Below are positions 30,932 to 40,738 of a DNA stretch of 64,000 nucleotides, one piece after another; the first letter of the stretch is position 1; each line of letters opens with the position of its first letter. The notes under the pieces were generated by a model. That model did not search any database, was not told where the DNA came from, and saw only the letters and a program-made list of their open reading frames with translations. The position numbers and the translations under genes were made by a program. The DNA lies in sequence record NC_070936.1. One strand, given 5' to 3'.

Positions 30932-32445
30932 TTACCCAACAAACTGTCCTGATGGCTACTCCGATCGCATTACTTGCAACTGAGAAAGGCATCGATCTTC
31001 ATGATAATGTTAGTGACGTTATCAAAGGTCTGAATGAATGTACCGCCAATATCCGTGGGTTTACTGAGGACAACATCGCTGTTGAACTTCCTGAGTTTAC
31101 CGAAGCTGTAAACGAACACACCATGGTTCTGGAAGAAGCGACTACCATTATTGCAGAACGCATTCGTTCAGCTCTGAACCTGATCTCTAAAACTGTTAAG
31201 CCTATTCTGAAAGATGTTGAAAACAGACTTCGTTCAGAAATCGATCCAGGTAACGTTGCAGATACTATCTTTAGTTATCTCGATGTCGAAATGGTTAACA
31301 TTGAACCAAGCTTCCTGAATAGCCCGTATTACCCTAATGCGATGCCTCAGAACTTTATCGATGTTCCGACCATTCGTCTTAACCAACTTCTGCTGGGTAC
31401 GTATCCATCTCTGTCTTCAGAAGAACTGGTTGACCTGATCGCGGTAAACGTAGACGACCTGACTGGTTTCTGGTCTAACCCAGAAGAAGTAAAACGTATT
31501 TATGAAACCTTCTTTGTTGAAAAGAACTGGTGGGAACTGTTTGATGGTTCTGCTATCTCCAACGGTTCTGCTGATCTGGGTAACTACGAAAACTACGCAT
31601 TTAAAGCTTTCCGTCCTCTGGTTATCGGTAGCCTGCTGCTGAACAGACTGGTTGCAATGGAAGATCCGCTTGATGGCGTTACTGGTGTTAGCCTGGAAGA
31701 TTATCGTACTTCCCTGCTTGTTACCCGTGATCTGTTCAACGCCATGCTTTATAAGTTTAAGCAGGTTTGGGAAACTCGTGCAGCTGCTGGCGTAGTAATC
31801 ATTAACGATGGTGTTCGCGTTGAAACTGCTGACTGGGGTAACCTAGTAGGTAATCAAGTACTGACCGGTAAACTGCTTGTTGGTTATAACAATGCCGTAC
31901 TGGAAATGTTTGCAGATAAAGAAGAGATGTCTCTTACTGAATTTGCTGCTGGTTATGCTTACGCTAAGACTCGTGACTACGCAGTTAAAGATATCATTAC
32001 TGATAAAGAAACTGTAACTGCCGCTTGGCAGGAATATTGCGGTGATATGCGTACTGCTCTGGTAGTTCGTAAAGGTAGTATCGCTAAGCGTATTTTCTGT
32101 CAGGTTCTGGAAGGTCTGTACGCTAAAGAAGAATATAAACCATTCATCGATATTATTGATGAACATATTCATCCGACTCAGCGTATCCTGTCTCGTGTTC
32201 AACAGCATGTTGACCTGGATCTGTTCTTTGCCAATATCCCAATGCTGGATGCCGTTATTCGTGAAGAGAACTCTCTGATGAATACCGTATTGGCAGCTAA
32301 CCTGTCTGATGCTTTCGATTCTCCTATTGCTAGCGAAATCTTGACCATCAACGCATCTATGCCTGCTCACTCTCTGGTACAGCAGCGTAAACACCTGTCT
32401 CGTTCCATTGACCTGGTTATCCTTAACAGACTGATCAAACTGTAA
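30928..32445 (+). CDS. Probable virion head protein
   Basis: 505 aa, strong codon bias, position between vRNAP beta and the protease as in SPN3US-like phages. Confidence 0.6.
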   Translation: MITQQTVLMATPIALLATEKGIDLHDNVSDVIKGLNECTANIRGFTEDNIAVELPEFTEAVNEHTMVLEEATTIIAERIRSALNLISKTVKPILKDVENRLRSEIDPGNVADTIFSYLDVEMVNIEPSFLNSPYYPNAMPQNFIDVPTIRLNQLLLGTYPSLSSEELVDLIAVNVDDLTGFWSNPEEVKRIYETFFVEKNWWELFDGSAISNGSADLGNYENYAFKAFRPLVIGSLLLNRLVAMEDPLDGVTGVSLEDYRTSLLVTRDLFNAMLYKFKQVWETRAAAGVVIINDGVRVETADWGNLVGNQVLTGKLLVGYNNAVLEMFADKEEMSLTEFAAGYAYAKTRDYAVKDIITDKETVTAAWQEYCGDMRTALVVRKGSIAKRIFCQVLEGLYAKEEYKPFIDIIDEHIHPTQRILSRVQQHVDLDLFFANIPMLDAVIREENSLMNTVLAANLSDAFDSPIASEILTINASMPAHSLVQQRKHLSRSIDLVILNRLIKL

Positions 32446-33182
32446 TGGAAATAGAAAAGCTGAAGAAAGATCGTGGGCGGATTGATTCCGCCCTTAAAGT
32501 CATGCCAGATGGAAGCGTGGTTGCTTTAAAGAAACTTACAGTTTGTTTTCCTAAGCGTTTCGAACAAAGCAACTTAGCAGAAATTTCAGATACCGTCACT
32601 TGCATTTTAATGTTGGGTGTTATCGTTGGTGACGCATACGGTTTCCTGGGTGGGATGGTTAAAGTTAATCTCCTCCCAGGAGATATCTATGAAGAAACAA
32701 TTGGAAACGATCGTTACTTCATGCTTGAGTTTGAACCTGGTGATATTGTTATTGAATCGTTGACTGTTCCTATGGACTCCAACATCGGTTACTATTATTA
32801 CCTTGAGTTCACCAAGTATGCTCGTATCCCATGGTATTTTGATGCTGCTGATTTACTTAGTGTTTATGATGAAGCTAAGTTCTATACTGGCAAGTCAATG
32901 GGGACAAGTAACCAAGCCATTCGCGTATTCTACGCTTTGACTCAACGTGATCCTAAAGACTTAGGTATTCCGTTCCGTTACTCGTCAAGTCTCAAAGACC
33001 CAGCAGTGAAACCTCGCATTATCGGTATTAACAACCCAGGGCAGTTGCTCAACTCTACCTTCAGCCGTTTGGCTTCTGGTTATATGTCTGACAACATCAT
33101 CTCTGGTATTCTTAATCCTGATACTAAGGTTACACATCTGGAAGAAGTTATTCGTGGCCTTCCGGCTGCAGGTGGTAATTAA
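32445..33182 (+). CDS. Probable virion RNA polymerase beta' C-terminal fragment (SPN3US gp244-like)
   Basis: Position just upstream of the protease; STFSRLASGY corresponds to the beta' C-terminal S.LS..SF motif. Confidence 0.6.
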   Translation: MEIEKLKKDRGRIDSALKVMPDGSVVALKKLTVCFPKRFEQSNLAEISDTVTCILMLGVIVGDAYGFLGGMVKVNLLPGDIYEETIGNDRYFMLEFEPGDIVIESLTVPMDSNIGYYYYLEFTKYARIPWYFDAADLLSVYDEAKFYTGKSMGTSNQAIRVFYALTQRDPKDLGIPFRYSSSLKDPAVKPRIIGINNPGQLLNSTFSRLASGYMSDNIISGILNPDTKVTHLEEVIRGLPAAGGN

Positions 33183-33183
33183 G

Positions 33184-34032
33184 ATGGATGAAATTAGTTT
33201 AGGTAATATCGTTCTTGCTCATTCAGGTAAGAAAGGTATTCTTCGTCCTGACGCTGATGGTCTGTATGAATTAAACGCTGGGGGTTTTAATATCCCCAAC
33301 CATGCTGGTATTACCTATCCAGCTAATGAATACATCATCTCTCAGATCGAAGAGAACAGTGACCTTAACCGTCGTGTTAAAATGGGTTACTGCAAGATGG
33401 AAGTTGAGCACCCTGAACCATTTATTTATGTCATTGAAAATGGTGTGAAGTATCGTGCACCTATGACTGACGTTATTCAGTGGATCAACCGTTTGCGTTC
33501 TTTCGACCCAGATCGTATCTGTGGTTTGATCAGTCAAGTTATTTGGCGTCCTGAAGACAACCGTAACTTATCCAAACCTATTTGGAACCTGATCAAATGT
33601 AAACCATTCGGTCCGCGTGGTCCTGAGTTCCAAGAATCTCTGGAAACTCCTCAGCATAACACGGCTGTTAGTATCCGTACTCAGATCTCCCCATTCCGTC
33701 CTGGTGAACTCCAGAAGAACGTTGAATACTGGACTGGTTATGATTGGGTATCTGAGCCTGGTATGGTTCATGCTAACAAACACATGACTGCTGGTTGTGA
33801 ATCCTTCTTGAATGATTTTGGTATGGTTGACAACATGAAGAAATTCAAAGTTGCCGACGTTATCGAAAAACTTGATCATGCTCTTGCTACAGCAACATCT
33901 GGTGAAGAACTGGATCGTGTTGGTGGTATGGAAGCACTTGGTCAATATCGTGACATGCTGTCAGCGATCAAGAAGAACTACCGTGCTGGTGAAACCACCA
34001 CTATGGGCGTTAGCTTTACTGATATCTTCTAA
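33184..34032 (+). CDS. Prohead maturation protease (phiKZ gp175-like); start reassigned from 33154
   Basis: Catalytic-type segments EVEHPE (His), AVSIRT (Ser), YDWVSEPG (Asp); C-terminal AGCE|S and GGME|A autocleavage-type sites. Confidence 0.85.
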   Translation: MDEISLGNIVLAHSGKKGILRPDADGLYELNAGGFNIPNHAGITYPANEYIISQIEENSDLNRRVKMGYCKMEVEHPEPFIYVIENGVKYRAPMTDVIQWINRLRSFDPDRICGLISQVIWRPEDNRNLSKPIWNLIKCKPFGPRGPEFQESLETPQHNTAVSIRTQISPFRPGELQKNVEYWTGYDWVSEPGMVHANKHMTAGCESFLNDFGMVDNMKKFKVADVIEKLDHALATATSGEELDRVGGMEALGQYRDMLSAIKKNYRAGETTTMGVSFTDIF

Positions 34033-34037
34033 TTAGA

Positions 34038-34068
34038 TAAGTAGGGGTCCTTCGGGATCTCTACTTAT
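34038..34068 (+). terminator. Intrinsic terminator
   Basis: ATAAGTAGGGGTCC-TTCG-GGATCTCTACTTAT followed by TTT. Confidence 0.8.
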
Positions 34069-34135
34069 TTTGTTATGCGTGTTTGTATTATACGTTACGT
34101 ACTGAAAATAATTTAATCTGAAAAGGAAATAATAA

Positions 34136-34735
34136 ATGTCAGAAGCTAAACCATTTAACCTGAATACCCTTCGTGTTGCTACTCAGGTTCGTGAACTCGT
34201 CCTCCAGGGCGTTACCCTGAAGAACACTCTGAAAGATATGCATGAAGTTTGGATGAGTTTGTACAGTGAAGATAAGAAATGTCTTATCGTTGAAATGCAA
34301 GCAACTAAAGTACGTGCTCAGCTGATTAACCTGTATGCCATCAAACTGATCAAATATGTTAACAGTATTGTTGGTCTGGATTTGGTTCCGCTGTCTCAAC
34401 AAGTTAATCCAGCTTCTGCTGATATGCAGAATCGTGACCCAGCTACTTTCTCATGGAAGATGGATAGCATCCTGCTGAACATCTGTTCTAACAAAATCGA
34501 CAACCACGAACATCTGTTCAAACTGTTGATGATCAATCTGTTTGGTGTATCTGAACAGGTAATCGAATTCTCCCTGAATCCTACTTGGGATTCACTGCGC
34601 GATATCGTTATCAAAACCTACGATATTGATCTGGGTGATACTGAAGGAGTAGCCGGTGTTCCAGAACTGGAACTGGTTGAAGGTGCGTTGCATAACTACC
34701 TGAGTAACCCAGAACAAGGTTACAAAGCTTACTAA
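34136..34735 (+). CDS. Hypothetical protein (199 aa)
   Basis: RBS AAGGA, strongly biased codons, followed by a hairpin at 34743-34768. Confidence 0.85.
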   Translation: MSEAKPFNLNTLRVATQVRELVLQGVTLKNTLKDMHEVWMSLYSEDKKCLIVEMQATKVRAQLINLYAIKLIKYVNSIVGLDLVPLSQQVNPASADMQNRDPATFSWKMDSILLNICSNKIDNHEHLFKLLMINLFGVSEQVIEFSLNPTWDSLRDIVIKTYDIDLGDTEGVAGVPELELVEGALHNYLSNPEQGYKAY

Positions 34736-34776
34736 TAAATACGCTGAGGAGGGTAAAACCTCTTCAGCTATTTAAT

Positions 34777-34799
34777 TTCAAGCAGATATTATTAACGTG
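34777..34799 (+). promoter_or_regulatory. Early-type phage promoter motif
   Basis: TTCA-AGCAG-ATATTATT-AACG-TG. Confidence 0.7.
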
Positions 34800-34842
34800 T
34801 TGCAGTATGTGTAATTTATCTTAACCTATCTGGAGAACTACC

Positions 34843-35229
34843 ATGTCTGAAGTTAAAGAAATCAAAACCCTGGAAGAACTGATCGATATCGTTACCCCTC
34901 GCTCTATCTTTGTCGCTATCGAAATGGAAAAGCATCCAATCGGTGATGAAGAGAATGCAGAAGGTAAAGCAGATCACGCTGCACGCGCTATGTCAATCGT
35001 TGAACGTATTCGTAGTGCAATCGATAAGGGTGACATTATCAATGGCGCTGTGATCCGTTTAGAAGCCGATGAGGGCAATGCTGAAATTGTTCCTCGTTAT
35101 GCTTTCACCGATCCTAAACAAAGCTGGACCAAAGCTATCACTTCTGATATTGCTTTCATCTATCGTCTTGATGGCAAGATTGAATTGGTACGCGGTGGTG
35201 ATGTTAAACCTTACACCTTACTGGACTAA
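34843..35229 (+). CDS. Accessory protein, paralog family A
   Basis: Shares LEELIDIVTP..I and YAFTDP...DIAFIYRLDGKIELV motifs with 36020-36436. Confidence 0.85.
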   Translation: MSEVKEIKTLEELIDIVTPRSIFVAIEMEKHPIGDEENAEGKADHAARAMSIVERIRSAIDKGDIINGAVIRLEADEGNAEIVPRYAFTDPKQSWTKAITSDIAFIYRLDGKIELVRGGDVKPYTLLD

Positions 35230-35232
35230 TTA

Positions 35233-35769
35233 GTGATGATCGGTAACTTGATTAAAGGCATCGCCAAAACTAAACAGGGTCTCTCTGAAGAGGTTAAAAT
35301 GCAAATCCAAGAATTGCTTAATGGTAAAAAGCAAGTTTACATTGAAGATCTGTGTAAACTGGTTAAACCTAAAACTATCTTCATCATGATGGCTGACTAT
35401 CGTAAAGCGACTATCAGTGAAGAAGTTAAAGCAGAACTGCGAGCACGCATTGATAAGTTCATCAAACACTATCATGAAACTGTTGATAGTGAAACTGTAT
35501 TTGAACATTCATATGCGGTCAGAAGTTCTGAGCCGGCTGCCGCATTCTGCGGTGACGTCAAATTAATTCCTGAAGATGGAGTTGATGCTAAGTCGGTAGG
35601 TCGTCGCATGTTCCTGTGCGATATGTCTCTGGCTTTTTATCTGGATGAAACTATCTCATTAATTCGTTCTCGTGATCTTCCAACTGGCTATCGTGTCCAA
35701 TGGCATCATGGCCTGACTGAAGAACAGTTAGCGGCACAACAACAAACTGAAGAAAAGGAAGTAGAGTGA
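35233..35769 (+). CDS. Accessory protein, paralog family A
   Basis: IEDLCKLVKPKTIF, YAV, DMSLAFYLDETISLI align with family A motifs. Confidence 0.8.
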   Translation: MMIGNLIKGIAKTKQGLSEEVKMQIQELLNGKKQVYIEDLCKLVKPKTIFIMMADYRKATISEEVKAELRARIDKFIKHYHETVDSETVFEHSYAVRSSEPAAAFCGDVKLIPEDGVDAKSVGRRMFLCDMSLAFYLDETISLIRSRDLPTGYRVQWHHGLTEEQLAAQQQTEEKEVE

Positions 35770-36023
35770 AAAAGTTATTGATTGGATTATTGGCTGTGGT
35801 TAGTTTAAATGCGGTTGCTGGCGATAATCTCATGAAGCCAAGCAATAAAAGTGATTACGTCACCGAAGGCCGCTTTGTAAAGACTCTGATGTCCAACCCT
35901 GCTGACTTTGTTATTACTGATACCAAAACTGGTTGTCAGTACTTACTCTCTTACGGGAGTGGGATAGCACAAACTCTACTAGGTTGTTTTGAAGAATACA
36001 AAGAGGATACCAAAAAGAAATGA
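35766..36023 (+). CDS. Small exported protein (DUF6440-like)
   Basis: Signal peptide MKKLLIGLLAVVSLNAVA; VITDTKTGCQYL motif. Confidence 0.7.
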   Translation: MKKLLIGLLAVVSLNAVAGDNLMKPSNKSDYVTEGRFVKTLMSNPADFVITDTKTGCQYLLSYGSGIAQTLLGCFEEYKEDTKKK

Positions 36024-36436
36024 CCAATACCAATCCCATTACAAGATTAGAAAAACTGATTGAAGTTGTTAAGCCTGAAACAGTTTCTGTTATGTTGGAA
36101 GTTAAAGAAGGTCATACTTTTGACGATTCCCTCGCTAATGGCTTAAACACTGATAAGTTGGATAAACTTCTTTGGGAGATTGAATCCCATCAGGATATGG
36201 TATCCAATATTCCTGAAATGGAGACTTACTTAGTTTATAAGTTAGGGGTTCCTTCTGAGGGTAAAGTTCCTTCTCCAGCATATGCGTTTTTGGATCCTAA
36301 ATTTAATTGGGATAAAATAAGAAAAACTGACCTCGCCATCATCTTCCGTTTGGATTGGAAAATTGAAGTGGTCCACACTAAAGAAGGTTGCGGAGTCACA
36401 GTACCAAGTACTCTGGATTGGGTACATTCGGTTTAA
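36020..36436 (+). CDS. Accessory protein, paralog family A
   Basis: LEKLIEVVKPETV and YAFLDP...DLAIIFRLDWKIEVV. Confidence 0.85.
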   Translation: MTNTNPITRLEKLIEVVKPETVSVMLEVKEGHTFDDSLANGLNTDKLDKLLWEIESHQDMVSNIPEMETYLVYKLGVPSEGKVPSPAYAFLDPKFNWDKIRKTDLAIIFRLDWKIEVVHTKEGCGVTVPSTLDWVHSV

Positions 36437-36462
36437 TTATAATTTTAGTGTAGCCAAAATGC

Positions 36463-36485
36463 TTCAGGTATATATTATTACCGTG
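36463..36485 (+). promoter_or_regulatory. Early-type phage promoter motif
   Basis: TTCA-GGTAT-ATATTATT-ACCG-TG. Confidence 0.7.
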
Positions 36486-36545
36486 AAGCAGAAATGCTGG
36501 GAAGACGAACACGTACTTCTCTCTTATACATTTTAGGAGTTTAGA

Positions 36546-36998
36546 ATGGATCAAGTTAAATTAAGTGAACTGTCGTTATCTCGTTTTGGATTTCTTCTGG
36601 TTGATCCTGAGACTGGGGAAACTGTTAGTGATGAAGAACAGTTGAAGTTTATTGAAAGTTTCCGTAAGGCTCCATCAACTCCAACTACTCTGAATGTTAC
36701 TAAGTTATCTGATATCTTAAAGTTAGCAGATTGCAAGAAAGTTTTAATCCAGGTATCTCAGGGTCCTCGGTACAAAGAAGAAATTGCTGATCGCACCGTT
36801 CATTTAATTTCTCAACTTTTTAAACTTTCTCCTGACTCCGATATTTCTATAGTTAAGTTTGATGCCACTGGAAATGGCAATATGGCTGATTACTTAACTC
36901 ACACATTAGTGTTCACCGTATTTCCTGGAAATGTGAACGTTGATAAAACTCGTGGAATGCATGGCACTGAAGGTTCCACTCTGTTAGTAACTGAATAA
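36546..36998 (+). CDS. Accessory hypothetical protein (possibly distant family A)
   Basis: 150 aa, RBS AGGAG. Confidence 0.8.
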   Translation: MDQVKLSELSLSRFGFLLVDPETGETVSDEEQLKFIESFRKAPSTPTTLNVTKLSDILKLADCKKVLIQVSQGPRYKEEIADRTVHLISQLFKLSPDSDISIVKFDATGNGNMADYLTHTLVFTVFPGNVNVDKTRGMHGTEGSTLLVTE

Positions 36999-37037
36999 AC
37001 TTAAACCACTCACCAAAGTAAATAGGAATTTAATATC

Positions 37038-37475
37038 ATGGCTAAGAACAAACCTTTCGGTAAAGTAATTGAAGCACAAGTAGCTGACCTGGTTAAAGGT
37101 GCAGAAATTCATAAAGAAACTCACCACATCAAGTTCGGTGAAACTGCTCTGCCTGAAGGTGTGACCACTGAGAGTCTGCAGACTCACGTTGACTTCATCA
37201 ACCGCACTGGTCTGGCTGTTGAAGCAGCTACTTTCCAGATCGCTCAAGAACAGTTCCCTGAAACTAAGCAGGAAGCTTGGGATGGTCGTCTGGAAATGTT
37301 CCCAGGTCTGACTTTCAACTCTGATGTCCGCCTGCGCGAAGTTGTCGGTGAAGAAACTCTGTATGGTACAACTCAGACCTTTATCGATCATCCGCATTCT
37401 CAGGAAATGGTTGATTGGTATTCCAGCTTCCGGGATCGTAACGTAGAACTGGCAACTAATCTGTTTAAAGATTAA
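37038..37475 (+). CDS. Highly expressed hypothetical protein
   Basis: 145 aa with strong optimal-codon bias; followed by an 11-bp terminator stem. Confidence 0.85.
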   Translation: MAKNKPFGKVIEAQVADLVKGAEIHKETHHIKFGETALPEGVTTESLQTHVDFINRTGLAVEAATFQIAQEQFPETKQEAWDGRLEMFPGLTFNSDVRLREVVGEETLYGTTQTFIDHPHSQEMVDWYSSFRDRNVELATNLFKD

Positions 37476-37487
37476 TAAGCCCTTGTT

Positions 37488-37515
37488 CCTCTCCTGGGTT
37501 AATTCCCAGGAGAGG
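37488..37515 (+). terminator. Intrinsic terminator
   Basis: CCTCTCCTGGG-TTAATT-CCCAGGAGAGG. Confidence 0.75.
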
Positions 37516-37539
37516 TTCACTATATAAGGTTTTATTTTT

Positions 37540-37941
37540 ATGTTGGCGATTACTGTTCCTATGGAGTTCTATTCTCAATTGTCATTAATGCAAATAACTG
37601 CAATGGACAAAATGAGAAATAAAGAAAGTCCCAGTATGCACTTTAAACGTAGTCGAGCTGAACTTAAAGGTTTGGGAATGTACATTAATCGTAACCCAAA
37701 CGCAATACCAATAGAGTTCGCTTACTTTAAGGTAAATGTGCTAAGTAATAATAAAAACGGCTTAGCGTTCGTCCTATCAACTAAATGGGGTGGTAATGAA
37801 CTACTTATTAACCAGGATAATAAACATCTGGTAACTAAGTGGTTTACTGCCGCATATAAACCAACTAACATGACTGAGTGGAGAAGGTATTATGGTAACA
37901 ATTGGCGACAGCCCATTCGACCTGTACATCGAGTTCTCTAA
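37540..37941 (+). CDS. Accessory protein, paralog family B
   Basis: LLINQDNKHLVTKWF resembles the C-terminal motif of the next two ORFs. Confidence 0.7.
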   Translation: MLAITVPMEFYSQLSLMQITAMDKMRNKESPSMHFKRSRAELKGLGMYINRNPNAIPIEFAYFKVNVLSNNKNGLAFVLSTKWGGNELLINQDNKHLVTKWFTAAYKPTNMTEWRRYYGNNWRQPIRPVHRVL

Positions 37942-38302
37942 GTTCAGGGTCAACACCTTTAACTCGATAAAATCAAAACGTAAAGCTGAATTGGTATTTA
38001 AAGATATCGATAAGACATTAACTCGAATTGCTAATTCGATTCATAAGGGTTATACCTTAGCAAACCGTTTTAGTCCTTTCGATCATCAAGAGTATCGTCC
38101 TTACCCTTACTTTGAAATTACATGGTCTGAGATCGACAATCCTCGTAATATGACTGTAACAATTACTCGTGGCGTATTCAGCATTACAATCACTCAAGAC
38201 TCTTGGAGCAAGTTCCATGTTTGGGCAACCAAATGGAAAGCTATTAAACCAGTGACTCTTGAAGAGTGTGATGACATTAACTTCTATACTCGATGGTGGT
38301 AA
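37892..38302 (+). CDS. Accessory protein, paralog family B
   Basis: DKTLTRIANSIHK and ITITQDSWSKFHVWA. Confidence 0.75.
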   Translation: MVTIGDSPFDLYIEFSKFRVNTFNSIKSKRKAELVFKDIDKTLTRIANSIHKGYTLANRFSPFDHQEYRPYPYFEITWSEIDNPRNMTVTITRGVFSITITQDSWSKFHVWATKWKAIKPVTLEECDDINFYTRWW

Positions 38303-38751
38303 GTGTGGATCATAAAGAACAGTTGTTCGAAAACTGGAGTGCTTTGAGGAATCGTATTCTTCAAGCTCATCCATGTAGAAGAAGTAAAGTAGATGTATTG
38401 GTCTCTTTAGATAAAGAGTTCATACGTTTAGCTCGCGGGTTACTCAAATTGCAAGTATCCAAAGGTAGTTACAAAATCATCCAGGTTGATACAACGTTTA
38501 TCACCAAGGATCATGTAACGCTTAAGTCTCGTGATGGGTTTACCATTAACATTTATGAACGAGATTATGAGCTGTTCCAGGAATGGGCTCATCTACCTGA
38601 CGATCAAAGGACTATAACAATCCACGTGTTCAAGCATGGGTATCGTCTCAAAGAGAAAGCACCTGATGTCAAGAAACCACCAAAACAAGCTCACGAGATA
38701 GCTGAAGAAGTAGATAAACTATTGAATGGGGATAATGCCGGAGATATGTAA
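38293..38751 (+). CDS. Accessory protein, paralog family B
   Basis: DKEFIRLARGLLK and INIYERDYELFQEWA. Confidence 0.75.
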   Translation: MVVSVDHKEQLFENWSALRNRILQAHPCRRSKVDVLVSLDKEFIRLARGLLKLQVSKGSYKIIQVDTTFITKDHVTLKSRDGFTINIYERDYELFQEWAHLPDDQRTITIHVFKHGYRLKEKAPDVKKPPKQAHEIAEEVDKLLNGDNAGDM

Positions 38752-39353
38752 TGGCATGGTTAAAACGTAGTTATAAAAGAGATTGGCTTCAACGTTCTCC
38801 AATGTTGAATACAATTAGTTATCGTCATGAACTTAGTAATATAACTACATGGGAAGTTAAGCCTGAATCCATCGAGAAGGATCCGAATAAAAGAACTTGG
38901 GCTGATGATTATTATCCAAGGGAAGTTATTCATACTACCTTTGAACTTATATTCTCTATAGGTTCTGAGATCGTTAAGATTCACGCCTCTGACTTTATAG
39001 GAGCCAGTGACTCATTAAAGGACTATACAAGAAAGTTAGAGTTATTAAGAAACATCGTACAACGCTTTATGAATGAATACAGGCCATTCCACGATATGGA
39101 TAAGGCATTCATCATCAAAGAGTTTTTAAACCCAGGAGAAGGCCCTACAGCGATCTATACGAGCACTGTTGCTATCAGTACATCAACCACACATGGTTTC
39201 TTCTTTGAAATAGCTTCTTGCGATGATAAAGCCAGACTCTATGTCGAAAAAGAAAAAGACTTCTTAGAGTTGTTAATCAAGCTCACTAAGTTTTTAACTG
39301 CCGCGATTACTGATGCCAAGACTACTATGGATACCTATAAGGGTCGTCTCTGA
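38751..39353 (+). CDS. Accessory hypothetical protein
   Basis: 200 aa, TAATG coupling. Confidence 0.8.
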   Translation: MAWLKRSYKRDWLQRSPMLNTISYRHELSNITTWEVKPESIEKDPNKRTWADDYYPREVIHTTFELIFSIGSEIVKIHASDFIGASDSLKDYTRKLELLRNIVQRFMNEYRPFHDMDKAFIIKEFLNPGEGPTAIYTSTVAISTSTTHGFFFEIASCDDKARLYVEKEKDFLELLIKLTKFLTAAITDAKTTMDTYKGRL

Positions 39354-39369
39354 TTTAGTTACATTCATA

Positions 39370-39392
39370 GTCAGGTCTATATTATCTAAGTG
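39370..39392 (+). promoter_or_regulatory. Early-type phage promoter motif
   Basis: GTCA-GGTCT-ATATTATC-TAAG-TG. Confidence 0.7.
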
Positions 39393-39427
39393 TATAGACC
39401 TACAACAATTTAATTAGGAGTTTAGAA

Positions 39428-39967
39428 ATGAAAGTTCTTAAAGTTATTCTGACCGTTGTTATCGCTCTAACTATTATTCTCTACACTACTGTTGCAGATG
39501 CAGCAGGGTGGGAAGTAGACAAGCAAGAAGGTACCCATTTACTCTCTATCCGAAATGTTGGGGATCAAGGCGGGTTTCTTAAACTAAGCTGTAATGTAGA
39601 AACCAAGAAGCTGTCATTACAGTACATGTTTGATCGTAAAGTTTATGACTTCTTTATTATTCGTAAATTCGGCGACATTGATGGCAATAGTGTTAATGGT
39701 AAAATTGCAGTAGGTATGGGTACAACTACCCAAGCTCAAGTATTCCACGATCTAGTAATCAACCGTGGAGCTATTGCAGTGATCCGTATGCCTGTCGGTA
39801 CCAAAGCTATTTGGGATAAAGCCATTGCTGATAATAACCCCATCCCTCCTGCTATCGAGCAAGAAGGTGAAGAGTTCTTCCTGATGGGTAATGACATTTC
39901 CAAATTGATGAACAAACTGGGTTCATCTTGCCCATTCAATGCTGAAGATAAAGAACCTATCTTTTAA
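39428..39967 (+). CDS. Exported/periplasmic protein, two-Cys family C
   Basis: Signal peptide ending ADA; LKLSC and SSCP cysteines. Confidence 0.8.
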   Translation: MKVLKVILTVVIALTIILYTTVADAAGWEVDKQEGTHLLSIRNVGDQGGFLKLSCNVETKKLSLQYMFDRKVYDFFIIRKFGDIDGNSVNGKIAVGMGTTTQAQVFHDLVINRGAIAVIRMPVGTKAIWDKAIADNNPIPPAIEQEGEEFFLMGNDISKLMNKLGSSCPFNAEDKEPIF

Positions 39968-39979
39968 GTTGAATACAAA

Positions 39980-40002
39980 TTCAGAAATATATAATCTAAT
40001 TG
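39980..40002 (+). promoter_or_regulatory. Early-type phage promoter motif
   Basis: TTCA-GAAAT-ATATAATC-TAAT-TG. Confidence 0.65.
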
Positions 40003-40063
40003 ATTTTAAGCCTTGCGGCCTTTGGGTTTCTGAAGGCCCTTAATAACATATAGAGAGAGCACT

Positions 40064-40705
40064 ATGAAAAAGATTAACATGCTGGTTGCACTGATTCTGA
40101 TTGTCCTGTTCGCTGGCTTTGTTTACAGCGGTAAGTCAGCAGCAGCTGCTTATGATATCAAAGAAGATATCGAGGTTAAATCAATAGTAGCTCAGTCTGC
40201 TGTTGTTAAAGCCGAGAAAGTAATGAATGGAGTCGTGGATGGTATCTTCACAATGAAGTTCGGTAAGACCACTCAGAAGTTCATCATGCAATGCGATAAG
40301 AATCAGGAAACGGTCACCATGTATTATTACATGAAAGACATTACTGGTTATAAAGCTAAAGGCGCAACTGGTTTCAAAATCACTGCTTATAACAATGCCG
40401 AAGGTGGTTACACTCCAGGTGACGAATCCGTTGTTTATGACAGCGCCGATTCCAATGATAACCTGCAAGCAGCAATCACCAAACTGAACATCCTGGTTGA
40501 ACACAATGTAGGTATTATTGCATTTGAGTTCTACGAAGATGTTTCTGGTATTGGTAAATCACCAGTAGCTTACAGCATGATGTTCTCTCCTAAGGTGGCA
40601 GTAACGATCTTAGGTAAAATGAACGCTATCGAAAATGGTATTTGTAATATCGATGCTGGATTCAGTACTGTAACTCCGCTGGCTCGTTTAACAGATTCCC
40701 TGTAA
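40064..40705 (+). CDS. Exported/periplasmic protein, two-Cys family C
   Basis: Signal peptide ending AAA; FIMQC and GICN cysteines. Confidence 0.8.
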   Translation: MKKINMLVALILIVLFAGFVYSGKSAAAAYDIKEDIEVKSIVAQSAVVKAEKVMNGVVDGIFTMKFGKTTQKFIMQCDKNQETVTMYYYMKDITGYKAKGATGFKITAYNNAEGGYTPGDESVVYDSADSNDNLQAAITKLNILVEHNVGIIAFEFYEDVSGIGKSPVAYSMMFSPKVAVTILGKMNAIENGICNIDAGFSTVTPLARLTDSL

Positions 40706-40738
40706 ATTAAATTAATTCAATCAAACTTTTAGAGAGAA

